Of a stretch of DNA of 64,000 bases, positions 27,138 through 39,000 are shown in pieces. Origin of the DNA: a virus. Taxonomy: Duplodnaviria > Caudoviricetes. Where the stretch lies: positions 6,089 to 70,088 of IMG/VR virus record IMGVR_UViG_3300042366_000810; one strand, 5' to 3'. Under the pieces are notes generated by a model. The model did not search any database and was not told the origin of the DNA. It saw only the letters and a list, made by a program, of their open reading frames with translations. Positions within the stretch are counted from its first letter, which is position 1. Every line of letters starts with the position of its first letter. The translations under genes and the position numbers were made by a program.

Positions 27138-27722
27138 ATGGCTAGCATACAAGAATTAGGGTTTCCAGCAAAGTGGTTATTAAGATATATTAATGCTGAA
27201 TTAGCAAAATATGATGAAATGGGAATGATAGATTCAGATAATTTTATGGCAATGTTTCCAACAAATTCGCCAACTAGTACGGAAGAACTTTATAATAATT
27301 TAATACAAAATTTTAATGCGGGAGAGCCATTAATGATTATGTGGGATCGTCTTATGAGGTTTAGACCAAGTCCTTTATATGTTCATAAAAGAGAACAATT
27401 ATTGCTTTTTTTACATACCTCAGATCATGATAAATTAATGGCTGCTAATATAATTATTTCACAAGCATTAGACAGAGAAGATGTTTCTGCACAAGAAGTT
27501 AACAAATGGATGGCTGATAATAAAACAACCTTAGAGCCAGTACTTGGAGAATTAAATATATTCTTTAGAAATATAAAGGTTTACCAGGCTGATGAGACTA
27601 GGGATGTAGTTGAACTAGCCAGTGCCAGAACTCTATTTGTCAATAAAATAATAGTCGAATATGACTATCACGTATACAAGCATGACCCAGAAGATGAAGG
27701 TTTGACGCCAGTTTATTCATAA
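27138..27722 (+). CDS. Putative tail terminator
   Basis: Directly upstream of the tail tube gene. Confidence 0.45.
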   Translation: MASIQELGFPAKWLLRYINAELAKYDEMGMIDSDNFMAMFPTNSPTSTEELYNNLIQNFNAGEPLMIMWDRLMRFRPSPLYVHKREQLLLFLHTSDHDKLMAANIIISQALDREDVSAQEVNKWMADNKTTLEPVLGELNIFFRNIKVYQADETRDVVELASARTLFVNKIIVEYDYHVYKHDPEDEGLTPVYS

Positions 27723-27788
27723 AAAGGCTGTATACTTACTTTGAGGAAACAAAGACCCATCTATTAACCAAAAAAAGAGGTGAAGTAA

Positions 27789-28442
27789 ATGGCATATACT
27801 AGAGGTTCATCTAGCGAAATTATCGTTGGTGCTGCTGCGTTATTCACAGCAGATTCAACTCTTGACGCAAACACAGTTCCTGCTTTTGTATCAGACGAGT
27901 CTTATAAAGAAACACTTTCTAATTCTCTAAATACAGAAGTTAGCGCTGCTGGCGTTGAGAATGTTGGATACACCAGTAACGGTATTGAAATCACTTTCCA
28001 ACCTGATTTCGGTGAAGTGCAGGTAGACCAGATTCTTGACGTTGCTAAACTTTACAAGCAAGGAATGCAAGTAACTCTTGCTACTTCGTTTGCAGAGGCA
28101 ACCCTAGAGAATTTGCTATTCGCAATCGCAGGAAACAGTGATGACCTATCAGGAAGCAAAGGAACATCTTCAGGACGTATACTAGATCTTAAGTCTGGTG
28201 ACATCGGAGAATGTCCAGTAGAACGTGCTCTGATTGCTGTTGGTCCAGGAACTGGTGATTGTGTTGACTCATCATCTGTTGAACGTGTATACATTGCATA
28301 CCGTGCACTTTCTATTGAAAATGTAACAGTATCAGCAAAGCGTGATACCGCAACAATGTTTGACGTCACATTCCGTCTTCTACCAGAAGACGCATCAGGA
28401 TCATACGGAAAAATCGTTGACCGTACAATCCAAGAATCATAA
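27789..28442 (+). CDS. Major tail tube protein
   Basis: NVGYTSNGIEITFQP....VQVDQ..D..K..Q..T.AEATLENL siphovirus tube pattern; strong RBS; followed by a terminator. Confidence 0.8.
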   Translation: MAYTRGSSSEIIVGAAALFTADSTLDANTVPAFVSDESYKETLSNSLNTEVSAAGVENVGYTSNGIEITFQPDFGEVQVDQILDVAKLYKQGMQVTLATSFAEATLENLLFAIAGNSDDLSGSKGTSSGRILDLKSGDIGECPVERALIAVGPGTGDCVDSSSVERVYIAYRALSIENVTVSAKRDTATMFDVTFRLLPEDASGSYGKIVDRTIQES

Positions 28443-28460
28443 AAACTTAATATAGATCAG

Positions 28461-28492
28461 AAAGGACTCACTAGAAATGGTGGGTCCTTTTT
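28461..28492 (+). terminator. Intrinsic terminator after the tail tube gene
   Basis: aaaggactcacta-gaaa-tggtgggtccttt followed by T residues. Confidence 0.7.
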
Positions 28493-28506
28493 GGTACAAT
28501 AGAGTG

Positions 28507-29208
28507 ATGGCAAATGCAATTTATGAAATAAAAAATATTACTACATTAGATGGTATTGAGATAGAAATATCTTCATTAAAAATAAAATATTTAAGACAAT
28601 GTATGTCTGCTTTTGAAGCAATAAAAACATCTACTAGTGATTTTCAATCAATAGATATTTTAGTTGAATGTGCAAGAATATCTTTAAAACAATTTTATCC
28701 TTCATTATCTTTAAGCAAAGAACTAGTTGAAGAAAATTTTGATTTGCCAACTATATATGAAATTTTAAGAGTAGGTGCGGGTATTGATGTTAATGCAAAA
28801 TCTGAAACTGCAGTCAAAGATCAAGCCCTTGAAAGTGGAACAACCTGGAAAGACTTAGATTTGGTCAAACTAGAGTCTGAAGCATTTTTGTTAGGTATTT
28901 GGAAAGATTATAATGAATTAGAAGAGTCAATATCTATGCCAGAATTATCTGCTATTTTAGTTTCTAAAAGAGAAAGCGACTATGAAGAGAAGAAATTCTT
29001 GGCTGCAATTCAAGGAGTGGATTTAGATAAGGCTAATAATAAGCAAGAGGATGATCCATGGACCAAATTAAAAAATAGAGTATTTAATCAAGGAAGAAAA
29101 GATAATGATATTTTAACCTTTAAAGGAGATAAGGCAAGACGTGCAGGGTTTGGTATTGGCATGGGTTTAGACTACGAAGATTTGACAAAAAATAACACCT
29201 CAGCGTGA
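28507..29208 (+). CDS. Tail assembly chaperone, long form (chaperone domain + C-terminal extension)
   Basis: First ~95 aa paralogous to 29240..29572. Start set at ATG 28507 (TGGTACAAT 6 nt upstream). Confidence 0.65.
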   Translation: MANAIYEIKNITTLDGIEIEISSLKIKYLRQCMSAFEAIKTSTSDFQSIDILVECARISLKQFYPSLSLSKELVEENFDLPTIYEILRVGAGIDVNAKSETAVKDQALESGTTWKDLDLVKLESEAFLLGIWKDYNELEESISMPELSAILVSKRESDYEEKKFLAAIQGVDLDKANNKQEDDPWTKLKNRVFNQGRKDNDILTFKGDKARRAGFGIGMGLDYEDLTKNNTSA

Positions 29209-29239
29209 TATAATAATATAACCTATCTAAAGGAGTAAT

Positions 29240-29572
29240 ATGTCGACAGATAAAAATGTAGGTACTGAAGTAACATTGATGGATGGCACTAAAATTAATG
29301 TGCGTCCATTAAAAGTTTCACTTCTTAGACCTTTCATGAAACAATTTGAAAGTGTCGCTAACGTAGCAGACGATAATGAAAAATCAATTGATATTCTTAT
29401 TGAATGTGTCAAGATTGCTATGCAACAGTACAATCCTGAGTTAGCAAAAAGTCCAGAAAATCTAGAAGAGATTCTGGACCTTCCAACGGTATATAAGATT
29501 GTCGAGGGTGCATCTGGTATTAAGTTAACAGCAGCATCAGAATTGATGAATTCCGTTATTGCAAATAATTAA
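29240..29572 (+). CDS. Tail assembly chaperone, short form
   Basis: Immediately upstream of the tape measure gene; SIDILIEC..DLPTVYKI motif shared with the 28507 gene. Confidence 0.7.
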   Translation: MSTDKNVGTEVTLMDGTKINVRPLKVSLLRPFMKQFESVANVADDNEKSIDILIECVKIAMQQYNPELAKSPENLEEILDLPTVYKIVEGASGIKLTAASELMNSVIANN

Positions 29573-29594
29573 ATAAAAAGCGGGGGTGCTGTAG

Positions 29595-32500
29595 ATGGCT
29601 GATGTCAATGCTAATATTAGTGTTAATATTGACACCTCTACAGCCCTCGCTGAATTAAAGTCATTACAAAGACAATTAGCATTATTTCATTCTTCAGTTG
29701 CTAAAAGTAGTGCTGCTGCTAGTTTAGCGCAGGGACAACTACAAAGAGAACTACTTAATACAGTCAATGCCACTGGCAAATTTGCTGCCACGATGGTTAA
29801 CATTAGAACCAGTACAGAATCATTTACTCATGCGCTTGAAACTAATAAACTTGGAATGCGTGAGTATTTTAGATATGCTGGTGGTGCAACAAGAACATTT
29901 GGAAAATTATTTAAATCAGAATTTGACACAATTGGAAAAGTTTCTGAAGAACGTGTCAAGAAAATGCAAACCCAATACATTAAAATGGGTCGTGATGCAA
30001 ATGGTGTTGTTAAAGCAATGGCAATCAAGCCACTTGTTTTGGACATGTCTGATTATGGAACTCAAACACAATTAGCAGCACAAAGACAGGCATTGTTTAA
30101 TCAGTTAGTTAGACAAGGATCTACAAATCTATTAAACTTTGGTAAGAATACACAGTGGGCTGGCCGTCAGTTAATGGTTGGTTTTACTATTCCGTTAATG
30201 GCAGTTGCTACACAATCTGCAAGAACATTTATGGAAATGGAAGCAGCAGCACTTAAATTTAGAAAAGTATATGGAGATTTATTTACACCACAAGCAGAAA
30301 CACAACAAGCATTAGCCAATATTAGAGAACTTGGTGCACAATTTACACAGTATGGAATAGCCGTATCAGATACAGTTGCATTGGCTGCAGAGGCAGCAGC
30401 AGCAGGTTTTCAGGGGGTTGATTTACAGCGTCAAACAACTGAAGCAACACGTTTATCAGTATTAGGACAGATTGAATCTCAGCAAGCACTTGAAACAACT
30501 ATTTCATTGCAAAATGCATTTAGAATGTCTTCTGAAGATTTAGCAAGTTCTATTGATTTTTTAAACGCAGTTGAAAACCAAACTGTTACCTCTCTTGATG
30601 ACATCACAACCGCAATACCTAAAGTTGCTCCAGTTATTCAGCAATTGGGTGGAGATGTAAAAGACTTAGCATTTTTATTAACAGCAATGAAAGAAGGTGG
30701 AGTAAACGCATCAGAAGGTGCAAATGCACTTAAATCTGGTTTAGCAGCATTAATTAATCCAACGTCAAGAGCAAGCGACATGCTTGCAGGCATGGGCATC
30801 AATATTACTAAGATTATAGAATCTAATCAAGGTAACTTACGTGCCACAGTAGTTGAATTTGCACAAGCATTAGATAGGCTTGATCCATTAACTAGAGCAA
30901 GAGCAATTGAACAATTATTCGGTAAGTTCCAGTTTGCACGTCTATCTACATTATTTGATAATGTTATTAGACAAGGAAATCAAGCATCAAGAGTTTTAGA
31001 CTTGGCTGGTTCTTCTGTAGAAGATCTTGCTGCTTTATCTGCACAAGAATTAGGAATGACTGCAGATTCAGCAATGAATAAGTTTAGAAAAAGCGTAGAA
31101 GATCTTAAACTTGCATTGCAGCCAGTAGGAGAAGTATTCTTACAGGTAGTGACTCCAATTATTGAATTTTTTGGAAATATACTAGAAAAATTTTCTGGAC
31201 TATCAGATAGAGCAAAAAGATTTATCACATTAATGGTTGTTGGTATTGGTGGGCTTGGTCCAGTTTTATTAATGACTTTTGGTTTATTGGCAAACGGATT
31301 AGCCAATATCATTAAATTATTTTTAAACCTAAGGAATGGTTACTTAAGATTATCTGGACAATCTCAAATACTTGGAGAACAAACTAATTATTTAACTGCT
31401 GAACAATTAGAGGCTGCCACTGTCGCAGCATCTTTAAATCAAAGTCATTCAAACTTAACACAAACATTTACTCTTGAAGCAAGTGCAGTTAATGCTTTAC
31501 GTAATGCATATCTTGATGCTAATTTAGCAGCAAAAGAATTTGCAACAAGAAATCCTGGAATGATGTTGCCAAAACGGGCAAAAGGTTATGCGTCTGGTAT
31601 TGTTTCTGTTCCTGGTCCAAAGGGTGCTGGAGACGTTGTTCCAGCAATGCTTTCTCCAGGTGAAGCCGTTATTCCAGCAGATATGGCAAAGAAGTATGCA
31701 CCATTAATTCAGGGAATGGTTGCTAATAATATTCCTGGATTTGTTGATGGATTATTTCCAACATATACAAATGCAGTGACATTATTACAATCTGCTACAA
31801 ACCAAGCATTAAAAGGTAGAACTGGAGTTAGTTCTGAATCTCTTGCAGCAGAATTTAGTAAAGGTGGGGCAGGTATTCAAGCACCAATAGTTAGAGCAGT
31901 AGCACAGGCTATGGGCGCCACTAATGTTAAGCAAGTTGTTAAATTAATTGAGTCAGAGCCAGGATTAAAACAATTTGGAAATTCTATTTCACAAGGCGTG
32001 GCATTAGAACTTAGTAAATTAGGAAAACAAAATATTACTGATCCTAAACTTACAAAAATATATCAACAAGTAGCAAGACAACAAGCACAAAATTTTGGAC
32101 AACTTTATACTCAAGCAACAGAGCAATTTTTAACAGAAATTACAACATTTGAAGATACAACTAGAACTAGAATTAATAAAGAAGGACGGATACGTTCAAT
32201 TGGCCGTGCAGGAATTTTTACTGGAAAGCGTTCTTATAGAAGTATGGGTTATGGCTCAGTAGCAGGAGCATTAGGTTTGTCAAGTACTAGGGGATTGGTT
32301 AAAGCACACGTAGCAGATCGAACAATGATGAGTTTGCAAGCATTAGAAACACAGGGACAACTTACTCCAGCAGCAAGACAAGCAATTATTAGACAAACAC
32401 AAGGAACTACAGAATTAGTTGCACAAACAGCACAAACACAATCTCCATCTAGAATAACAAGAAAAATTGGTCAGGATATTTCTAGTGGATTGGCTTTAGG

Positions 32501-35387
32501 AATGAAAGATGGGCAAACTAAAGTTAATCAAGAGGCCAAACAGTTAGGAAGACTTGCAACAGATTCAAGAAATATGCTGTATGGCGGTAAAACTGGAACA
32601 ATAGATCCAATAGAAAAATCTATACGTAGACAAAAAGAAAAAACTATGGGGGATATTGTTAGAGAAAGAGTAATAAATAAAAATCTTCTTAATGATCAAA
32701 TACAGCAAGAAAAACAAGCAAGGCTTGCTACTATGAGAATGGCTAAGTTTAATACTGCATTAATGTCTGGTATGTTTGCGTTAACATCACTTGGTGGGGT
32801 TGCATCAATGGCTGGTGGCAATATTGGTAGACTGGGTGAAATTATGTTCCAAATAAGTGGACCATTATTTGCATTATCTTCATTATTACAAGTATTTACT
32901 GGAACTCAAATGTTGAAATTATTAAAAGAATTTCCTTTAAGATTTGGTGCAGCAGCAATAGCAATTGGTGGTTTAATAGCAGCGATTAAAATTATTAATT
33001 CTAGAAGAGAAAAAGAAAGACTTGCAATAGAAGGTTTAGCAGATGCTGCTACATTGACTACAGAAAAAGTAAAAACTCTTGGGGATTATTTTAATATAAC
33101 CCCAAATAAACTTCCATCTGAAATGGCTGGAATTAGTGCATTTACAACACCAATTAATGAAAGAACTAGGATAGAAGGATTAAAAACAAACGAGGGATTT
33201 CAAAAACAATTTGCTCCAAATATTAAAAATTTAAGAAGTGCAACCGACGAACAGGCTAGATTAATTTTAGAATCTATGGCCATAGTATTGCGAGGACAAG
33301 GATTTGCAAAAGATCAAGTTAATATTATTTTAAAGGCTATTGCTGAAGAGGCTGGAAAGAGTACAGTTAAGTTAGACTTTAAAAAATTAGATATTTCTAC
33401 TCAAGATGGTCAACAACAGATTGTTACAACTGCTAATGAAATTGTAGATAATTTTAATAAAGCCTTTGCTGCTGGAATACAGAAAAAATTTGCAAGAAGT
33501 CTGTCATCTCAAAAAGTCATTTCTTGGATTGAATTAACTAAAGAACAAAAGCAACAAATAAAAACTGCTGGAAAAGAATTAGGCAATATTTTATCTGGAT
33601 TGGCAGGTCAATTTAAATTAGGAATTATTAATGCAAGTACATATAATGAAATGACAAAATCTCTTTTATCTACAATTTCAGATACTGAGCAAGGATTTTT
33701 ATTATTAAGATCAACATTATCATCAATAAATCCTGAATTTGCAAAAGCAACTGCACAGGTTAAAGATTTTAAGAGTCAGGCATTGTTGCTTAGATCGGCA
33801 ATTTTTGGTTTACAGGTTGCTCCTGAAATATTAAGCGATTTAATTAATGGTGATGTTATTCAGCAAGGCAGGGCTCGTTATCAACTTGAGCAATTAGCAA
33901 CCGCTGCTGAAAAGGCTCAACAAGTTATAAATGATAAAACTGGCAATACTGGCGGAACAGGGAAAGGCCTTTTAGATATATTAAAAGAAAGAATTTTAGC
34001 CACACAAGAACAAACAAAAGCATTCATTGCTATGCGTAAGGCTGGTATTGATGCAGTAACGGCTCAAGAATTGGCTGCTGATCCAGAATTAAGAACTAAA
34101 TTAATAGCAGCAGCAAAAGCAGGTAAAAAGGCTTGGATGGATGCCACAGCAGCAATTAAATCTTATGCAGCAGAACAGAAAAAATTAAACCAAATGTTGG
34201 TTGCTGGACAAGATCAAGGAGATTATGAAAAATCTCGTTTAGAGATGGCTCAAAAATATATTGATTTACAAGAACATATTATTGATATGCAGAATCAGCC
34301 ACAATTACAAAAATATGATGCAGAAATTACTTCAATTAACAATCAATTAGATGATATAAAAATTAAAGAAGATCAAATTAATGAAAATTATAATAAACAA
34401 ACTAATGCTCTTAATAAAATAAAAAACATTAATGAAAATATTAATAATTTACAAAAACAAAGATTATCAATTGCTGATGCCTTAACAAGAGGAGACATTT
34501 CTGCAGCAGCACAAGCAATTCAGGATGCTAGGGCACAGCAATCATCTATGTCAATGGAAGTATCACAACAAGCATTAGAATTAGGTAGAGATAATGCAAT
34601 CGCAGCACTTGGCAAAAAAGAATTGGAAACACAGTTAACGTTATTACAAAAACAAAAGAAAGCATTAGAAGATAATATTCAATTAGAAAAAGACAGAATT
34701 AAGTATCTTGGCATGACTAAAAATCAAATTGATAATGCGGTTAAAGCCCTTGATCTTGCTAAAAGTGCAGAAATTGATATTAATGATCCTAATTTCTTAA
34801 ATAATATATTAATAGGCGCAAAAGGTGATGCTGGTGCATTAGAAGAGGCTCTTAAAAAAGTGGCACAACAAGCAAAAGAAGCATTTACATTGTTGACTTT
34901 ATTAAGATCTAAGCAAATTGAGCAGCCAACTTATACTGGATCTGGAGCAGGATATTATATTGGTGGAGGCATGGGTGGTTACGATGCTGCTGGTAGATAT
35001 GTAGGAACTCCATTTGGTCAAGCAATGTATGGTGGATTTATTAAGAGAATGGCTCCAGGTGGAATTGTTAATGGTACTGGAATGACAGATAAGGTTCCTA
35101 CTTTATTAACACCAGGCGAATTTGTGATTAATAAAAATGCTGCACAAAGGTTTGCACCATTATTAAATCAAATCAATGAATCAAAATATCCAGATAGTTT
35201 ATCTTTTGGCGGTACGCCAGTAGTTACTGCAGCAACAAACACTTCTGTAAATAATTCTAACACAGTGTATAATTATAGTTTGAGTGTTACCGCTAATACC
35301 GATGGAGCAAGTCCAGATGATATTGCAAGAACGGTTATCTCTCATATTAGAAATTTGGATGCTCAAAGATTAAGGAGTAATAGATAA
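29595..35387 (+). CDS. Tape measure protein (TP901-like core), 1930 aa
   Basis: Helical Ala/Leu/Gln-rich; TP901-type core (LNAVENQT..I..A.PKV.P..LAFLLTAMKEGGVNASEGANALKSGL); follows the chaperones. Confidence 0.93.
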   Translation: MADVNANISVNIDTSTALAELKSLQRQLALFHSSVAKSSAAASLAQGQLQRELLNTVNATGKFAATMVNIRTSTESFTHALETNKLGMREYFRYAGGATRTFGKLFKSEFDTIGKVSEERVKKMQTQYIKMGRDANGVVKAMAIKPLVLDMSDYGTQTQLAAQRQALFNQLVRQGSTNLLNFGKNTQWAGRQLMVGFTIPLMAVATQSARTFMEMEAAALKFRKVYGDLFTPQAETQQALANIRELGAQFTQYGIAVSDTVALAAEAAAAGFQGVDLQRQTTEATRLSVLGQIESQQALETTISLQNAFRMSSEDLASSIDFLNAVENQTVTSLDDITTAIPKVAPVIQQLGGDVKDLAFLLTAMKEGGVNASEGANALKSGLAALINPTSRASDMLAGMGINITKIIESNQGNLRATVVEFAQALDRLDPLTRARAIEQLFGKFQFARLSTLFDNVIRQGNQASRVLDLAGSSVEDLAALSAQELGMTADSAMNKFRKSVEDLKLALQPVGEVFLQVVTPIIEFFGNILEKFSGLSDRAKRFITLMVVGIGGLGPVLLMTFGLLANGLANIIKLFLNLRNGYLRLSGQSQILGEQTNYLTAEQLEAATVAASLNQSHSNLTQTFTLEASAVNALRNAYLDANLAAKEFATRNPGMMLPKRAKGYASGIVSVPGPKGAGDVVPAMLSPGEAVIPADMAKKYAPLIQGMVANNIPGFVDGLFPTYTNAVTLLQSATNQALKGRTGVSSESLAAEFSKGGAGIQAPIVRAVAQAMGATNVKQVVKLIESEPGLKQFGNSISQGVALELSKLGKQNITDPKLTKIYQQVARQQAQNFGQLYTQATEQFLTEITTFEDTTRTRINKEGRIRSIGRAGIFTGKRSYRSMGYGSVAGALGLSSTRGLVKAHVADRTMMSLQALETQGQLTPAARQAIIRQTQGTTELVAQTAQTQSPSRITRKIGQDISSGLALGMKDGQTKVNQEAKQLGRLATDSRNMLYGGKTGTIDPIEKSIRRQKEKTMGDIVRERVINKNLLNDQIQQEKQARLATMRMAKFNTALMSGMFALTSLGGVASMAGGNIGRLGEIMFQISGPLFALSSLLQVFTGTQMLKLLKEFPLRFGAAAIAIGGLIAAIKIINSRREKERLAIEGLADAATLTTEKVKTLGDYFNITPNKLPSEMAGISAFTTPINERTRIEGLKTNEGFQKQFAPNIKNLRSATDEQARLILESMAIVLRGQGFAKDQVNIILKAIAEEAGKSTVKLDFKKLDISTQDGQQQIVTTANEIVDNFNKAFAAGIQKKFARSLSSQKVISWIELTKEQKQQIKTAGKELGNILSGLAGQFKLGIINASTYNEMTKSLLSTISDTEQGFLLLRSTLSSINPEFAKATAQVKDFKSQALLLRSAIFGLQVAPEILSDLINGDVIQQGRARYQLEQLATAAEKAQQVINDKTGNTGGTGKGLLDILKERILATQEQTKAFIAMRKAGIDAVTAQELAADPELRTKLIAAAKAGKKAWMDATAAIKSYAAEQKKLNQMLVAGQDQGDYEKSRLEMAQKYIDLQEHIIDMQNQPQLQKYDAEITSINNQLDDIKIKEDQINENYNKQTNALNKIKNINENINNLQKQRLSIADALTRGDISAAAQAIQDARAQQSSMSMEVSQQALELGRDNAIAALGKKELETQLTLLQKQKKALEDNIQLEKDRIKYLGMTKNQIDNAVKALDLAKSAEIDINDPNFLNNILIGAKGDAGALEEALKKVAQQAKEAFTLLTLLRSKQIEQPTYTGSGAGYYIGGGMGGYDAAGRYVGTPFGQAMYGGFIKRMAPGGIVNGTGMTDKVPTLLTPGEFVINKNAAQRFAPLLNQINESKYPDSLSFGGTPVVTAATNTSVNNSNTVYNYSLSVTANTDGASPDDIARTVISHIRNLDAQRLRSNR

Positions 35388-36028
35388 TGGTTGACCAACA
35401 ATATTTTGCTGGAAGAAAAAGATATGCAAGGCCACAGGCCATGCTATGGTCAAATAATCTTGGAACTTTAGTTAATGAATCTTATATTCCAGATGGTTAT
35501 GAAATTGGTGGAGAATATCCAGTAGGCACAGATTCTTCTTTAATAGATCAGTTTTTAGTACTTTCTGATCATAATAGAAGTGAGTTGCAATTTTCTTCAG
35601 AAAGAATTGAATCAAGACGCAGGATGATCAATGGATCAATGAGATCATATCATATTGCAGACAAACTTTCTTTATCAACATCTTGGAGCATGTTACCTTC
35701 TAGATCATATAAACAAAATCCAAATTTTGATGATACATTTGGTATTTCTGAAGATTATTGGCGAACACAAGATGAATATACTGTCGATGGTGGTGCTGGT
35801 GGAGTAGATATATTAGATTGGTATGAAAATCATAAAGGACCATTTTGGGTATTTTTATCTTATGATAAATATACTGTTTATGGAAGAGAAGAACAAGACT
35901 ATCAAAAACTAGGACAATATACACAAGTAATAAAAATGTATTTTAAAGATTTTAGTTATAATATAGTCAAGCGTGGTCAAAATAATTTTGATTTGTGGAA
36001 TATAAATCTTACATTAGAAGAGGCATAA
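35387..36028 (+). CDS. Distal tail (Dit-like) protein
   Basis: RRMINGSMRSYHIADKL...SW..LP..WN..L.LEE; follows the tape measure gene. Confidence 0.55.
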   Translation: MVDQQYFAGRKRYARPQAMLWSNNLGTLVNESYIPDGYEIGGEYPVGTDSSLIDQFLVLSDHNRSELQFSSERIESRRRMINGSMRSYHIADKLSLSTSWSMLPSRSYKQNPNFDDTFGISEDYWRTQDEYTVDGGAGGVDILDWYENHKGPFWVFLSYDKYTVYGREEQDYQKLGQYTQVIKMYFKDFSYNIVKRGQNNFDLWNINLTLEEA

Positions 36029-39000
36029 TGTTTTCTAATATTGATTTAATTGAACACTTAAAGTCATCTGATTCAATATCATTAAATTCTGTTGTAATTT
36101 CAGAATGGAATTTAAATATACCTGGCAATATTAAAAAAATTGGTAACTACAGATATCGTCAAACAGAAAGTAATAGTATTTATAATACATTACCAAATAC
36201 TTATGATCCGTCAGATTTAGGAGACTATTATACTGATGCAACAATTTCTTATGCTATTTCTCCAACCCAGGTAGATAACAATAATAATTTACAAAATTTT
36301 TATTCAGAACAACAAAAAATGTCAACATTGTTTTCTTTGGAGTCTTGTACTTATCCGTTTAGACCTAGATCTGGAATAAATAAAACAATGTATTTTCCAG
36401 TAAAAAGATCAAATATTTCTTCAAATTTTTCTGGAGTATATCTTCCAAACAATACACAATTTGGAAATTATCAACCAAGATATTACATGGCATCAAGAGA
36501 TGATCAATTTAAATATTGGACTTCATATAGAAAAGAAGATAATGTTGAAAGGGGTATTGCTAACAAAATATTAAATAATAGATACATTATTGATGACGCA
36601 TGTCCTTTTATTGTATATACAAAAGAAATACCAACAAATAGAATTGTTATTAAAATGCAAACCAATGTAGGATATGTTGATTCTGGTTCGTATCAAACTA
36701 CAGGATCATCTTTTACCGATCCATTTTATGGATATCAAAATCAAACAACACCTAGTAGATTTAAGATACAAATATTAAAAGATGATAGTTGGGTAGATAT
36801 TTTCAGAGTTAATGAAAATGATACCAGAAATGACGGATCTCCAATAATTAATGCAGACGGATATTTAGAAATATTTTATTATGATAATCAATGGTTTGTT
36901 GGTTCATCAACAGTAGATTATGATACGCCTTTTGTTACAGATCTTACTGATCCTATCACAGAGATAGATAGCAATACTGGGGTAGAATATTATAAAGAAT
37001 TTCAATATATTAAAGGAATAAGAATGGTTGTTGAGTCAATGAATAAGTTTGACTCTACCTTTGATTTAATAGAAATTTCTCCTAGATTAACCGCTGATAT
37101 TTCTAATAAAGTATTAAATTTTAAAATTAATAAAATGTTATCAGATATGAATAGTGGGGCATTGCCAGTAGGACAGTTGCTAGCCTCAACTGGTGAAATA
37201 GAAATTTTTGATGAAGATTTTTCTTTTAATGAAAATAACTCTAACAGTATAATTTATGATTATTTAAATAAAAATATTAAAGTTACATTTTATGAAAATA
37301 TTTTTGACAGCAACTCTATTGATTATTTTATTCCTATAAAAACATTATATGCGGATGGATTTCCACAATCAAACACTAACGATGCAACAATTAAATTAAC
37401 ACTAAGAGATTTCTATTTTTATTTTGAATCACAAAAAGCACCAGAAATATTATTAACCGATGTTTCTTTAAGTGTTGCAATATCTATGCTATTAGATTCA
37501 ATTGGTTTTACAAACTATTCATTTAAAAGATTATCAAATCAAGTAGATCCAATTATTCCATATTTCTTTATTTCTCCTGGACAAAATATTGCTGAAGTTT
37601 TAAATCAATTAGCAATATCAACACAGTCTGCAATGTTTTTTGATGAATATAATAATTTTATAGTTATGAGTAAAGAGTATATGATGCCAGATAATAATGA
37701 AAGAGATATTGACTTTACGTTAGTTGGAACAAACACTCAAACTGGTATATTTGTTAATCCAGATGCTGAATCTCCACAAGTAACTAACTATAACAGTGAA
37801 AACTATTTACCAAATATTATAAATATTGCATCTGAAAACAAAAGAATTTATAATGATGGAAGAATTAATTATACTAATAGATATATTCAAAGACAATATA
37901 GTTCAATAAAACAATCTGCTTTAGTTGATCAAGAAAAAACATGGATATATAAACCAGCACTACTTTGGGAAGTATCTGGAGACAATGCTACAAAAAGTAT
38001 TAATGAGCAGGTAGCAAAACAAGGAAACTTTATTCTAGGAGCAATGCCATTAAATTCTAATCTCACATCAGAATTACCAAAGGTAGTAAACAATGTTTTA
38101 ATTAATAATATTATTGATATTGGAGAAAATGTATATTTTTTAACCAGATATAAAGGATACCTGTATTCATCAGGTGAGGTTATTAGATATGACGCTGCTC
38201 AATTTAATGTAAGTGGTATTGGCAATGTTTGGATTAGCAATAATCAAGAATATCAAGATTATTTTGGAGCATTACCGTTTAATGGAAAAATTTATCCAAC
38301 TGGTTTGTTAAGAATATATTCTGTACCATTTTATGAAACTGTAAATAATATATCTAGACTAAAAAATGGTTCAGTAGTAGAACATGGTCGTGGACAATTT
38401 GGAACACAGGTTACAAACCACCATGCTGGAATATCTGATTATTGGTCAAATAATTCCTATGTTCGTGGTTGTGAAATGAAATCTTCTTTATTATTTAGTA
38501 CATCTCCATCACCTATTTTACCAAATACAGAATTAGGAAATGCAGGTATTAATAATTCTCTTGCACAAAAATCATCAAGAACTGGAATCATTAAAAACTT
38601 TTTAGCAAGTAATTATTTATCAGAAACTGAAATGAATAATTTAAAATCTACTAATACTGGAACAATTCAATCATCTGCATTGGTTATGACTGGGCCAGCA
38701 TTTGAAACCACACAATCACCAATAGATTTTATTTCTTATACTTATAAAGAATTGCCAAACACATATAAACATTTTGGCACTAGAATGAGAATAATTGGAA
38801 AAGTTGAAAATAACGAAAATAAATTACAAACACCAATTGGTAGCGCTCCATATTATCAAATTCCAAAATCAGATCCAAGTCAAAATATTAATATTGGTGG
38901 AGGATCTGGCGGTTTAGCATTAATGTTAAATTCATCTAATAACAATGGATACTATTTTGAAATTGCAGCATTAACCGAAAATAATGTTGAATCTTATATG

